The notes: a model not told the origin generated them from the letters alone. A stretch of 62,278 nucleotides of DNA, filler included, from Chiloscyllium plagiosum (GCF_004010195.1; 2 parts of one record of this genome joined end to end with filler, not necessarily neighbours in it); one strand, 5' to 3'. Positions 1 to 13,120 are shown, numbered from the whole stretch's first letter. Translations and numbers: made by a program.

Positions 1-392
1 GAAGAGCGCCTCATCTTCCGCCTCGGAACACTTCAACCCCAGGGCATCAATGTGGATTTCAACAGTTTCCTCATTTCCCCTTCCCCCACCTCATCCTCGT
101 TTCTAACCTCCAGTAACTCGACCTGTCCGGACTTGTCCGACCTGCCCAGCTCCTTTTCCACCTATCCTCTCTACAAGAATCTCAGGGAGTCTCTCTCTCA
201 TTGCAACTCCCAGGTCATTTCCTCAGACTCTATGCCACTCTCTCCCCACCCCTACCCTCCTCTAGCTTATCTCTCCATGCTTCAGGCTCTCTGCCTTTAT
301 TCCTGATGAAGGGCTTTTGCCCGAAACGTCGATTTTGCCTGTCCTCGGATGCTGCCTGAATTGCTGTGCTCTTCCAGCACCACTAATCCAGA
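1..392 (+). mobile_element. Penelope-like element (Neptune-type) terminal fragment
   Basis: EERLIFRLGTLQPQGINVDF (end of GIY-YIG region) followed by the terminal repeat shared with 24714-25091, 43460-43600 and 48056-48672. Confidence 0.85.
303..330 (+). ncRNA. Minimal hammerhead ribozyme motif in PLE terminus (intact core)
   Basis: CTGATGA-A-GGGC(TTTT)GCCC-GAAAC-GTC: all core nucleotides, 4-bp stem II with tetraloop, GUC triplet; helix I weak (ATTC/GATT). Confidence 0.7.
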
Positions 393-399
393 AGTTGAT

Positions 400-990
400 C
401 CGATAATAGAACAACAATTGAGTTATTAGGATTTATACATAATAGAATGTAAAAGCAAAGATATCATGGTAAAATTTTATTAGTCACCAGTTTACCCTCA
501 GCTGGATTATTGTGGACACTTCTGGACAGTACACTTCAGGAAATATCCAAAAACCTCAGAAACCGGTAAAGGTTTAACACAATGCTACCTGGGATGTGGG
601 ACTTCAGTTATGAGGAGAAGATAGAAAAGTTAAAATGGATCTCCTAAGGACTGAGAAGGTGACCTATTTGATATTTCAAAGATGATGGGCTTTGATTGGG
701 TAGGTCGGTAGCAGCAAGCCTAGATGTAAAAGTCATTGGTAATAAATCTAGAGGGATATGAGGAGGAATACTTTCATTCAGAGTTGTCAGGAACTGGAAT
801 TCATTACTTGAAAAGGTGGCAAAAGCTAGTTCCATAAATAATTTTTAAAAAGAATTGGACAGCGATCAAGGATGATAAATGTACAGGATGATGGAAAGAA
901 TACAGGTGTGCAGGACTAAACGTAACAGTTCTTTCAAAGAGCCAGCACATAATGGACCAAATGATCTCTTTCTTTAAGTCTCTATTGTTC
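400..990 (+). mobile_element. Old, degraded CR1-like LINE 3' fragment
   Basis: Decayed similarity to the 3' end of the CR1 copies in this window (..PQLDYC.., ggaactggaattcatt, ggaccaaatgatctct). Confidence 0.55.
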
Positions 991-2532
991 TGTGAAATGC
1001 CTGGTGCTGAATTTTGTGACATTGTAGAGTAATTTCTTTCTCCAGGTCTTGGAACTACTACCTCTGTAACTGGCCCAGTAACTGTTCATGTGGCTGAATT
1101 ATTATGCAGATGACCACAAAATACCTGGACGGCAAACCATATTTTGTGACTACTGGAGTTCAGCCCACATAGCTCAACATTTTATGCCTTTAAAATTTTA
1201 TACGCATTTCAAAAGCCAAAAAAAGCGAAGGATTGAGTTCATTTTACAGCCATCCAGCCTGCAATGGTATTTTCACATCCATATGCTTTTCTCTGAGTGG
1301 CATTTAGTGTTTTTTTGAATAATTTCCAAATATACCTTTCAACAACATTCTTTATTAAGGAATTTTTCTCGTAGTATAATTTTTGTCTCTGTGGAGGAAT
1401 CTTTTTCGTAATATAATTTGTTGACTCAGGTGATTTCAGTGAAAGGCAAAAAGCTGTTAGTCACTTGAGGACGTAGCATTTCTCTCATGAATGATAATGG
1501 GTTTTGATGATAACGGCATTGCAAATGACTAAACATGGCTTTTTCAAGCAAATGTATGCAAATAAATTTTTTACTAATTTTATAAATTTACTGTTAGTTT
1601 TGCTTCTTGAAATATTAAACTGGTGAGCAGATGCCTACAAAGATGTGGAATTATTTTTACATGGATTGCAAACAACGCCATTCTAAAGTCAATCCAATTT
1701 TAAGAGTACAAACATGGCAGGATGAATAATCTCCTGTGTTTTTATGCATTCAGTTTTGCATCTGTTACTTTATGCCAGCTGAAACAGCTAATCATACTCA
1801 GTGAGAGTGCAGGTACAAACAACAGTCAAAGAAGTCTTTCAATATCCTGTCATGACATACTCTGTTCTACAATGGAGGAATTATATGAAAATTTGGGAAA
1901 GTTGTCATTGGAGCATTCCTATGCATTTATGTCTGCAAAGGTGCATAACAGTAGGTGACCTGTTGAATTACTGACTGCATAAATGCAGTAAAATCTTCAT
2001 GTTATCCCAGGTTAATTTCTCCCTCTAAATTCTGTGCACATGCTTTGGGTGTAATGGAAATCCAAATAATTAATGATTTATCTATTTAGCAGGATGGCAA
2101 TTTTGATGATTTTCTTAATTAGGCTTAAAGCTAAGGCAAACCAAATGCCCTCGAAGCTTGGATATTGCATGGCTTTGGAATATTCAATTTGATTGTACCA
2201 GTAGCATGAAAAAATATTGTACTCACTTAGACTCAGGAAATCTTTGCAAATGTGAACCCAACTTTTCCACTGAAAGTCACAACTTCAAATTGTTGTGGTT
2301 TTCAGGAATTTCAGTTTCAACCTTTTTGTTCTCTCAAAGGCCAGATTAAATATGTATTTTTCTTCAAAGAACATTTGATTTGCTGCAAAAGAATTTTTGG
2401 GCAAATAATGTACATTTACATGGAGCCAAGGTTTTAGTTGGTGCCAGCAATTTGTCTTAATCTCAACTTTTGTGCAATGTCTTTGTTTTCTTTCGTGCCG
2501 AAGAAAAAAATCTAGTTGAATGACCATTCTGA

Positions 2533-2655
<123 letters not shown>

Positions 2656-3158
2656 TAAGTGGAAATTCTGTTAAAAACAAAAAATTTTTTGTTTATTTTT
2701 TTTTATTTCATTATAGAATCACAGAATGTTTACTCACACTAGGAGATTATTCATCCTGCCATGTTTGTGCTGACTCTGTAAGAGCGACTTACCTAGTCCC
2801 ATTACCCTGTCTTTTCCCATGGCCTTGCAAATGTTTTCTGTTCACATAATTATCCAACTCCCTTGTGAAGATCAAGATTGAAGCTACATCCACTACAGGT
2901 CCCTATCTATAGATGTCGAACAAATTTCTCCTGCATCCGAGGCATTTTGACACTTAAGGTTGGTGCCCCCGATATATCTTCTTACTTCATTTGCTTCCTA
3001 CTTTATTGAACCTTGGTGGTATTGTGTTTTTGACTTAATTAATATTACAGAAAGCTAAATACAATAAAGTGGAGAATTCCTAAAAAATTGTCAGTTACTT
3101 AAAGTTTGGATGCTAGAATGGAATATATTGGAAATTTACAGTGCAATTTTAATTTCAG

Positions 3159-3219
3159 TTATCCTGGTGGGTTTAAGCAAGTCACAGCTGCACAATTACA
3201 CCAGAAGGACCCCACGGCA
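3159..3219 (+). CDS. MRPL13: MRPL13 coding exon (61 nt)
   Basis: aatttcag|TTATCCTGGTGGG...CCCACGGCA|gtaagt; (G)YPGGFKQVTAAQLHQKDPTA, completing the HTGYPGG motif of L13. Confidence 0.96.
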
Positions 3220-4145
3220 GTAAGTACATTGACGCCTTTGCAGTACATTTTATCCTTGGGCCAAACTTTAAATTTAATGTACTTTCTTCAGAAGATATTC
3301 TAAATAAAAAGGCAGTATCACAATGCTGTTATTTTTATATGATTGCTACGTACCCCTGCAAAGAATATAGTTTTATGTAAAGTGTAACATAGGGAAAGAA
3401 ATGGTGTTTTGAGTACTAAAAAATCTTAGAGATAATGTGTAAAAACTTTGTCAATTTGTTTGCAGATAGAAGACACTATATAATTGGATACTGAGCCATG
3501 TTGGCTAGGAGAATTTCAGATTCGGTCTTTGGCTTTTGCTGAACCAGTTAACTGGTAGCGTTGAGTTGTGCATCCCTGGTTTAAAGGGTAATAAAATTGG
3601 CCAATATTTATTTTCTGATTGCAGTTCAGTAACTTCTCTGTTGGCACCGTGAACATGTGGATAACAGTTAAATAAAGGGTCGGTCCACGAAGGGATGCAG
3701 ATCAAGAGCAAATTGCCAACACTCACTGTACACATTCACGTTATGAGAATGCCACATTACTCAGGAATTGATTTTGCTTGTTGCAATAGAGGGTGTGCAG
3801 TTGAATTCTGCATACCTTAGTTGGACTATATCCTTTAATACCTTTGCAGAACCAAAATCGATAAATCTCAGTTTTACAATTAAGAACTGATGTTGCATCA
3901 GCAGCAATTTTCAGAAGTTATTCAAGCTTCTACCACCCTCTTGTGTTTCTTATTTTCACTCCTGAAAAGTCCAGCTCTGATTTTCCCCCTAGTCCTGGCT
4001 TCCCCAGCTGGTTTAAGTTCAGTTTATGTTCAGGCATTTTCTAGAAGTATCTTCACCCTAGCTGTTTCTCGTGATGCCTTGAAAACTTTCATCAAATCAC
4101 TCATCAACTGACTGAAATCCAGGGAACGCATACATACAGTGGAAA

Positions 4146-5476
4146 GGTGATGGCCTAATGGTATTATCGCTAGACTATTCGTCCAAAAGCTCCGCAATTG
4201 TTCTGGGGACCTGAGTTCAAGCCCCACATGGTAGATCTTGGAATCAAATTCAATTTTTAAGGAAATCTTCAATTAATAATCTACTGATGGCCTTGATATT
4301 TTTGATTGTCGGAAAAACCCATCTAGCTCACTAATGTCCTTCAGAGAAGGAAATCTGCGATCTTCTCCCTGTCTGGCTTGCATGTGACTCCAGACCCACA
4401 GCAGTGTGGTACACTCTCAACTGCCTTCTGAAATGGCCTAGCAAGCCACTCAGTTGTATCAATCACTATGAGGTCTCAAAGAAATGAACTGGATAGACCA
4501 CCCAGCATCGACCTAGGCAACAGAAAAGACAACAGCTGAAACAGCCCCGTTGACCCTGCAAAGTTCTCCTTACCAACGTCGGGAGGCTAATGCCAGAATT
4601 GGGAGAGTTGTTTCACAGACTAGTTTAGCAACAGCCTGACATTATCATAATCATGGAGTCATACTGTACAGACAATAACCCAGACACCACCATCACCACC
4701 ATTGGATATGTCCTGTCCCACCAACAGGGCACACCCAGCTGAAGTGGCAGCACAGAACATAGTCAAGAGGACATAGTTGCTAGACCAAATCTGCAGCAGA
4801 TGGTGAGGGAAAAACATACTTGATCTCACAATCACCAATCTGCAGGCTGTAGATGCATCTATCAATGACAGTATCAGTAAGGGTGACCACAGCACAGTCC
4901 TTGTGGAAATGAAGTCCCGCCTTCACTTTGTAAATGCCCTCCATCATGTTGTGTAGCACACTACTGTGCTGAATGACTTCAAGCAGATCTAGCAACTCAA
5001 GATTGAGTCCATGAGGCACTGTTGGCTAACACAATCTGCAACCTCACGGCCCAGTATATCCCCCACTCAATCATTACCATCAAGCCAGGGGATCAGCCCT
5101 GGTTCAATGAAGAATGCAGGACGGCATGCTAAGAGCAACACCAGGCATACCTAAACATGAAGTGTCAACCCTGGTGATTAGCTAGGAAACAGGACTACCT
5201 GCGTGCCAAACAGCATAAGCAGCAAGTGATAGAGCTAAGTGATCCCATAACCAGTGGATCAGATCTAAGCTCTGCAAGCCTGCCATATTCAGTCTTGAAT
5301 GGTGGTGGTCAATTAAACAACTCGCTGGAAGAGGAGGGTTCACAAATATCCTCATCATCAACAACTGAAGAGCCTAGCACATCAGTACAAAAGATAAGGC
5401 TGAAGTATTTGGAGCAATCTTCATCCAGAAGTGCCAAATGGATGATCTATTTTAGCCTCCTCCAGTGGTCCCCTTC
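4146..5476 (+). mobile_element. Older CR1/L2-group LINE ('LINE-A'), 5' part with tRNA-like head and degenerate APE endonuclease
   Basis: Pol III-like boxes (TGGCCTAATGG ~4151, GAGTTCAAGCC ~4213), then a decayed LLTN..GL.P..GEL.HRLV.QQPDII...ES endonuclease start at ~4560; continues at 7731. Confidence 0.75.
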
Positions 5477-7730
5477 CATTGTCGAGGAAGATCTGCCTAC
5501 CGAGTCAGTATGGGTGGAAATTAAGAACAGCAAGGGAGTAGTCACCTCATTAGGGGTTTACTACAGGCCCTCCAATAGCAGCAGGGAGATGGAAGAAAAC
5601 ATAGGTCGGCAGAGTTTGGAAAAGTGTGGACGTAGTAAGGTTGTTGTAATGGGAGACTTTAACTCTCCCAATATTGATTGGAACCTCTTTCGAGTAGAAG
5701 ATTTGAATGGAGCTGTTTTTGTAAGGTGTGTTCAGGAAGGTTTCCTAACTCAGTACGTTGACAGGCCGACGAGGGGAGAGGCCATTCTAGACTTGGTGCT
5801 CGGAAATGAGCCGGGGCAGGTATCCGATCTTGTGGTGGGAGAGCATTTTGGTGATAGTGACCACAACTGTCTCACATTCTACATAGCTATGGAAAAGGAG
5901 AGGATTAGGCAAACTGGGAAGATATTTAATTGGAGAAGAGGAAACTATGATGCGATTAGACATGAGTTAGGAAGCATGGACTGGGAGCAATTGTTCCATG
6001 GTAAAGGCACTATAGACATGTGGAGACTGTTTAAGGAACAGTTGCTGCGAGTGATGAATAAATATGTCCCTCTGAGACAGGCAAGAAGGGGTAAGATAAA
6101 GGAACCTTGGATGACGAGAGCGGTGGAACTTCTCATCAAAAGGAAGAAGGTAGTTTACATAAGGTGGAGGAAGCTAGGGTCAAGCTCAGCTCCAGAGGAT
6201 TACAGGCAGGCGAGGAAGGAGCTCAAAAATGGTCTGAGGAGAGCCAGGAGGAGGCACGAGAAAGGCTTGGCANNNNNNNNNNNNNNNNNNNNNNNNNNNN
6301 NNNNNNNNNNNNNNNNNNNNNNNNNNNNNNNNNNNNNNNNNNNNNNNNNNNNNNNNNNNNNNNNNNNNNNNNNNNNNNNNNNNNNNNNNNNNNNNNNNNN
6401 NNNNNNNNNNNNNNNNNNNNNNNNNNNNNNNNNNNNNNNNNNNNNNNNNNNNNNNNNNNNNNNNNNNNNNNNNNNNNNNNNNNNNNNNNNNNNNNNNNNN
6501 NNNNNNNNNNNNNNNNNNNNNNNNNNNNNNNNNNNNNNNNNNNNNNNNNNNNNNNNNNNNNNNNNNNNNNNNNNNNNNNNNNNNNNNNNNNNNNNNNNNN
6601 NNNNNNNNNNNNNNNNNNNNNNNNNNNNNNNNNNNNNNNNNNNNNNNNNNNNNNNNNNNNNNNNNNNNNNNNNNNNNNNNNNNNNNNNNNNNNNNNNNNN
6701 NNNNNNNNNNNNNNNNNNNNNNNNNNNNNNNNNNNNNNNNNNNNNNNNNNNNNNNNNNNNNNNNNNNNNNNNNNNNNNNNNNNNNNNNNNNNNNNNNNNN
6801 NNNNNNNNNNNNNNNNNNNNNNNNNNNNNNNNNNNNNNNNNNNNNNNNNNNNNNNNNNNNNNNNNNNNNNNNNNNNNNNNNNNNNNNNNNNNNNNNNNNN
6901 NNNNNNNNNNNNNNNNNNNNNNNNNNNNNNNNNNNNNNNNNNNNNNNNNNNNNNNNNNNNNNNNNNNNNNNNNNNNNNNNNNNNNNNNNNNNNNNNNNNN
7001 NNNNNNNNNNNNNNNNNNNNNNNNNNNNNNNNNNNNNNNNNNNNNNNNNNNNNNNNNNNNNNNNNNNNNNNNNNNNNNNNNNNNNNNNNNNNNNNNNNNN
7101 NNNNNNNNNNNNNNNNNNNNNNNNNNNNNNNNNNGTTTTGGCTTTCATTAACAGGGGTATTGAGTTTAAGAGTCATGAGATCTTGTTGCAGCTCTATAGA
7201 ACTTTGGTTAGACCGCACTTGGAATACTGCGTCCAGTTCTGGTCGCCCTATTATAAGAAAGATGTGGATGCTTTGGAGAGGGTTCAGAGGAGGTTTACCA
7301 GGATGCTGCCTGGACTGGAGGGCTTATCTTATGAAGAGAGATTGACTGAGCTCTGGCTTTTTTCATTGGAGAAAAGGAGGAGGAGAGGGGGGCCTAATTG
7401 AAGTATACAAGATAATGAGAGGCATAGATAAGTCGATAGCCAGAGACTATTTCCCAGGGCAGAAATGGCTAACATAAGGGGTTATAGTTTTAAGCTGGTT
7501 GGAGGAAAGTATAGAGGGGATGTCAGAGGCGGGTTCTTTACACAGAGTTGTGAGAGCATGGAATGCGTTGCCAGCAGCAGTTGTGGAAGCAAGGTCATTT
7601 GGGACATTTAAGAGACTGCTGGACATGCATATGGTCACAGAAATCTGAGGGTGCACACGTGAGGATCAGTGGTCGGCACAACATCGTGGCCTGAAGGGCC
7701 TGTTCTGTGCTGTACTGTTCTATGTTCTAT
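5477..7730 (+). mobile_element. Young CR1 LINE (5'-truncated ORF2) nested in LINE-A; spans N gap 6273-7134
   Basis: GVYYRP, VVMGDFN, LDLVL, SDH endonuclease motifs; YRTLVRPHLEYCVQFWSPY C-terminus; (TTCTATG)n-like tail. Confidence 0.95.
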
Positions 7731-9234
7731 TACAGATACCAGTCTTCAGCCAATTTGATTCATTCCATGTGATATAAAGAAACGGTTGTGGACCCTGGGC
7801 TGCAAAAACAACATTCTAGCATTAGTACTGAAGATTTATGCCCCAGAACTTGCTGCTCCCCTAGCCAAGCTGTTCCAGTGCAGTTACAACATTGATATAT
7901 ACCTGACAATGTGGATAATTGTCCAGGTATGTCCTATACACAAAAAGCAGGACAAATCCAACTTGGTCAATCACTGCCCCATTAGTTTACTCTCGATTAT
8001 CAATAAAGTGATGAGAGGTATATTCAACAATGCTATCGAGCAGCACCTGCTCACTAAGGCCCAGTTTGGATTCTGTCAAGATCTCATTTTGGGCTTGGTT
8101 CAAACATGTACAAAAGAGTGGAATTCCAGAGGTGAGGTGAGAGTGACAGCCCCTGACATCAAGACTGCATTCAGCCACGTGTGGCCTCAAAGACCCTAGC
8201 AAAACTGGAATCAGTGGTATAAGGCGGCCAACTCTGCTGGTTGGAGTTATACTTGACCTATAGGATGATGATTGTGATTGTTGGAGGTCAATCATCTCAG
8301 CTCCAGGACATCTCTGCAGGAGTTCCTCAGGGTAGTGCCCCAGGCCCAACCATTTCCAGCTGTTTCATCAATAACCTTCCATTCATCGTAAGGGTGGAAG
8401 TGGAGATGTTCGCTAATTGCACAATTTTCAGCACCATTCGTGACTCCTCAGATTCTGAAACAGTCCAGGTTCAAATGCAGCAGGATCTGAAGTGTCCAGG
8501 CTTTGGCTGACAAGTGGCAAGTAATATTTGAGCTACACAGAAACAAGGCAATGACCATCTCCAATAACAGACAATCTAACCATTGCCGCTTGACATTCAA
8601 TGGTATTCCCATCACTGAATCCCCCACTATCAACATACTTGAGGTTTCCATTGACCAGAAACTGAACTGGACTTGCCACATAAACACAATGGCTACAAGA
8701 GCAGGTCAGAGGTTTGGAATACTGTGGCGAGTAACCCACCTCTTGACTCCCCAAAGCCTGTCCACCATCTACAAGGCATAAGTCAAGAGTGTGATGGAAT
8801 ACTCCCCACTTGCAGCTCCAACAAGATTCAAAAAGCTCGACACGGTGCAGGACAAAGCAGCCCCCTTGATTAGCACCACATCCAAAAGTAGCCACTCCCT
8901 TCACCATGTACACTCAGTAGCAGCAGTGTGTCCTAACTATAAGATGGAAAGCAGAAAATCACCAAAGATCCTTACTTGACATCTTTCAAACCCACGACAC
9001 TTAGATCTGGAAGGACAAGTGCAGCAGTTACATGGGACCACCACTACCTACAATTTCCCTAGCAAGCCACTCACCATCCTGACTTGGAAATATATCACTG
9101 TTACATCACTGTCGCTGGGTCAGAATCCTGAAATTCTCTCCCCAAGGGGGTTATGGTTCAACTTATACCATGTGCACTGCAGCAGTTCAAGACATCAGCT
9201 CATCACCACCTTCTCAAGGGCAACCAGGAACGGG
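7731..9234 (+). mobile_element. LINE-A 3' part (degenerate RT and 3' end)
   Basis: APELAAPLAKLFQ, PISLLSII, AQFGF, GVPQGS..GP motifs in broken ORFs; colinear with the 4146-5476 segment. Confidence 0.9.
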
Positions 9235-9731
9235 AAGTAGATACATGGCTATCTCTCTGCTATGTTTATACTGAAGAGCTGTTGCAAATCAAAAGCAGAA
9301 TGACAAATTGCTTTTCTATCCATTCTATTCTTAGTGCTTTGTCCTTTCAATAGTTCAACGTGTGCTCCTGTCTCCTACTCAAAAACCGAAATTGCTGGAA
9401 AAACTCACTTGATGTGGGAGCATCTGTGGAGAGAAAACAGCAAATATAACGCTTCTTCAGAACCTAGAAGCATCTGAGAAAAGGGAAGTCTTCCTAAGAA
9501 AGGTCACTGGACTCTAAACATTAACTCTTGTTTCTCTGTCCACAGATACTTCCAGACCTGGTGAGTTTTTCTAGCAATTTCTGTTTTTGTGTAGGAGACT
9601 GGAGCATATGTTGAACTATTGAAAGGACAAAGCACTAAGCATAGAATGGATAGAAAAGCAATTTGTCATACTGCTTTTGGTTTGCCAAAGCTCTTGAGTA
9701 TAAACATAGCAGTGAGATAGCCGTGTCACTT
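9235..9731. repeat. ~500-bp foldback (inverted repeat arms ~200 bp) around a decayed PLE-like terminus
   Basis: 9235-~9440 is the reverse complement of ~9529-9731 (e.g. atgacaaattgcttttctatccattcta / tagaatggatagaaaagcaatttgtcat). Confidence 0.92.
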
Positions 9732-10079
9732 GTATATTTAATATTCATGAACTTACATCTTATTATTTGCAAACTGTCCAAGCATTATAACCTAGATCTC
9801 TTCAGTTATATGTTAAAGTTATTTACTTGCACTTGCAATCTGGAACTGGGCAGTTGGGTGCGCTATTTCCATATATCCATCACTGGAATGTGAAAATGTT
9901 CTTTCCGGGTCACGTATGTTGTGAGCACTCTCTTCTCCACTTTGACATAAGACCATTGTAAAAATTATAAATTGGTGATCTAGTCACAACAGAAAACCAT
10001 TTGGCAGCCAATGCTGCATGACTCACATTGTCCAGGATATAGTTAAAAAAACACTGAACCAAGATTCACTGAAATAATC

Positions 10080-10880
10080 CCTCTCCATATGCAACAAGAC
10101 CAGAACAACATTCAAACTTGCTCTGATGAGTAGTAAATATCTTCTGTGTTGCACTAATGCCAAACAATGACTATCTCCACTTAGAGAAACTCTAAATATC
10201 TGTTCTAGATATTCAGCAGCTTCCTGTCACTCAATTTCTCCCATCGATATCCTTGGGATTACCATTGACCAGAACTTCAGCTATATCATATAATAAAAAT
10301 TATGACTACCAGGACAGGTCAGAGACAGGGAATTCTGCAGTGAATAATTCATTATCTATCCAGAGTCCGTCCCCCAAGAGTATAAGTCATGAGTATGATG
10401 GAAAACACTTGTCCAGATGACTGCAGGTCCGAAAAGAAGCTCACTACCATCTCGAGCAAAGCAACCAATTTGATTTGACATCCCTCCAGCCTGTTAAGCA
10501 TTGAATCATTCAACTACTGACACAGTGGCAGCTGTGCATCCCATTCCCAAGATGCACTCCAGCAGCTTGCTAAGCCTTCTTCAATGGCAGCTTCCAAACC
10601 CACATCCTCTGTCACCTAGAAATCACAGTCAGCAGTTGCAAGCTCCTGAAAGCTTCTTTCTCAGCTGTGCATCATCCAGCCTTGAAACTATATCACCATT
10701 TCTTCACTCTGGCCAAAAATCCTAGAATTACCTTCCTAACAGCACTGCAGGCCTATCAATACCAGATCAATTGCTGTTATTCAAAACTGTAACTCACCAC
10801 CACCTTCTGAAGGACAAGTCGAAACTGGTAACAAATGTTGGCCTTGCCACTGATGCTGATATTCCAGGAGAGAATAAAAG
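10080..10880 (+). mobile_element. Old LINE-A-type 3' fragment
   Basis: Degenerate match to 8480-9234 (accattgaccagaa, cagtggcagc, caccaccttct) plus 3' tail. Confidence 0.75.
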
Positions 10881-10889
10881 AGGTGAAGA

Positions 10890-11552
10890 GCTTATTTCAT
10901 ATAGCATTTTTTAAAATCCAAAGTCCTCCCAAAGCACTCTATAGCCAATGAATGTCTTTTGATGTATATACATTGATATGATGTCGAAAATGTGGCAACC
11001 AGTTTGCTCTTCAAACACCAATTTGATTGTAACCAAGCAATCTGTTTTACTTTGGTGAAACAAACACACAGAAGTCTGGAGAGACTCAGCAGGTCGGGTA
11101 GAAAGCCCCTAAAACAGAGTTAATGCTTTGAGTCTGACATTGACGTCCTCAGAACCGAAAGGTGTTGGAAAGTTCTATTTTAAATATGCTTTTGATAGAG
11201 ACACAGGCCCACTTCAAAGCCAAATGAGTTGTTAATGGTGGAGAAAGAGAAAATGCACTTAAAGTGTGCAATTAAAGTGTGTATGGGAGAAAATCTTCTC
11301 TATGAAGAGCAAGGTTAATCATGTTAACAAGACACTGGTTATAGTGATGTTAGTTGATGGCTTAATGTTGACTCAGGCAGCAGGTAGACCGGCTCTGTTC
11401 TTATTTCACGTTATTTCACAGGACACGTAATGTTCAACTGAGAGGGAATTTGAGAGTCTTGTTTAAATATAACATCCCATCTAAAAAACAACACCAGCGA
11501 CAATTCAGCACTCCCCAGTACAGCACTCTAAGTGTCAGCCTGGATTGTACTC
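10890..11552 (-). mobile_element. Deu-domain SINE (SacSINE1/AmnSINE1-like), interrupted by a decayed PLE end (~11060-11340)
   Basis: Reverse complement resembles 53930-54285 (ccaggctgacac..gtactg.ggagtgctg). Confidence 0.65.
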
Positions 11553-12043
11553 GATGTTGTCCAAAGCAGCCTTGTCAAATTAGACATCTGCAAAGTTTTA
11601 AAGTGAAGATGCATTAGTTCAACATTAACCCCCTAAATTATTGAGTCTGCAATATTTTGGTTACTTAGCTCAAAACCAAATCATCTACCTTTAACTATTT
11701 GTCCCAAAATGTTTTACTTTCAATGGGAATTCTTTAATTTGTTAAACACATTTGAATTTCTCCAAGGTTTTAGAATTGCTATTGAATTTTTTGCAAGGCT
11801 AGTTTCTCTTGTTTACATTTTCTGGAAGTTGTGGACAGGACTGGAAAGTTGTGGACTTGGCAAGTTATATCAGGAAGACAAAAGTTGCCAATGATGCTCA
11901 TTCCTGTTACGTCCCATAAATTAAGCAAGAAGCGTTTGTCAATGCAAGGGCTTTATCTTTTCATTGTGGGATGGATGCTGAACAGTTGTGCTGTTTAGCA
12001 TTTTTGTAGATTGCCATATTCTTGTACTAATGTGCAATATCAT

Positions 12044-12435
12044 CAAATATTAGAAAAGAAACTTTAATTATTCCTTTGTTTTTATTTTGTTGTTATTTTT
12101 AAAGATTAAATGTGACATTTATGTCAGTAATTTATAGGATGTAAGCCCTTGACTCTGTGGGGCCTCTTAATAGCCATTTACCATCTTTCAGTGATAGTAA
12201 AACTAAGATTTAATTCCTCACAAAAAGTAAGAACATTAAAGTTAAAACGTTCCCTAAATTGTAGCCTGATGTAGGAATACTGTAGACAAGAAATTAAGTA
12301 TCCATCCGTGAGTTTTCACTAAAATTCTTCAGCCACATTCTGTGGATATTTGTTATATGTCTTGTAACTTTTTGTCACATGCATTTTCCCTTTGTGATAC
12401 GATTTATTCCAATCTGACCATTTTCATGAGATATT
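12044..12435 (+). repeat. Local duplication, copy 1 (~390 bp)
   Basis: Highly similar to 13121-13507 (ggatgtaagcccttgactctgtggggcctctt...ttttcatgagatatt). Confidence 0.93.
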
Positions 12436-13120
12436 AGGACATATTGTTTCTTTCTCCATGATCCCCAATATAATTAAGTTCCTTAATAATTTCAGTGAGA
12501 CTGTTGAGAAAAACTCCTTCCTGCTGATGTGAAGGGCAACAGACTCATCTTGTGTTGTCTTTTTACGTAAATTATAGTCAAAGTGGTCCTAAGACAAGAG
12601 ACAAAATGAAATTGAATTGTGATAAGATACTTTAGTTAGCATACATTATGTACATTAGGGTTTGAGTGCAAAAGTTCAAGATTGTAATAGATTAGTTAAT
12701 GTGTCATAGTTATTTTCTTTAGTTTGTGAGTAAAGCCTTCATTATCAGAATTGCATTTGCCACAGAAGAAGTGTTTTCAAAACAATTACAGATCAACCCA
12801 CCAATAGGAGAATCATATTAATCCTAGTTCAAAGTGTCCATCGTATAATCCCCTGATATAAAGACAAAGACATTGCAGATTTTTGGTTTGTGAGGTTCGA
12901 TTTTTTAATACAATGGACTTTTAAAATTTGCTTATGGAAATAAGTGCATGTCTTATGATGAAAGGTTATTTGATCAATTCTGTTTGATTGTCAGGATGGT
13001 GGCATGCAAATCTAAGGTTAACTCCATGTCTCACGATAAATGTCACACTTTCGAGGGCATGGTAGCTTGTAGGAAGGTTCCATCAGCTATTTCCTCATTC
13101 ATGTTAATCAGAATCTAGCA

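Noticed and set aside
5226..7345. Long ORFs of 320-641 aa
   Set aside because: Inflated by the N gap; the real part is a chance in-frame fusion of LINE-A debris with CR1 ORF2
12136..12435. Duplicated intronic snoRNA or nested exon
   Set aside because: No convincing C/D or H/ACA boxes seen; stops in the minus-strand frames examined in both copies
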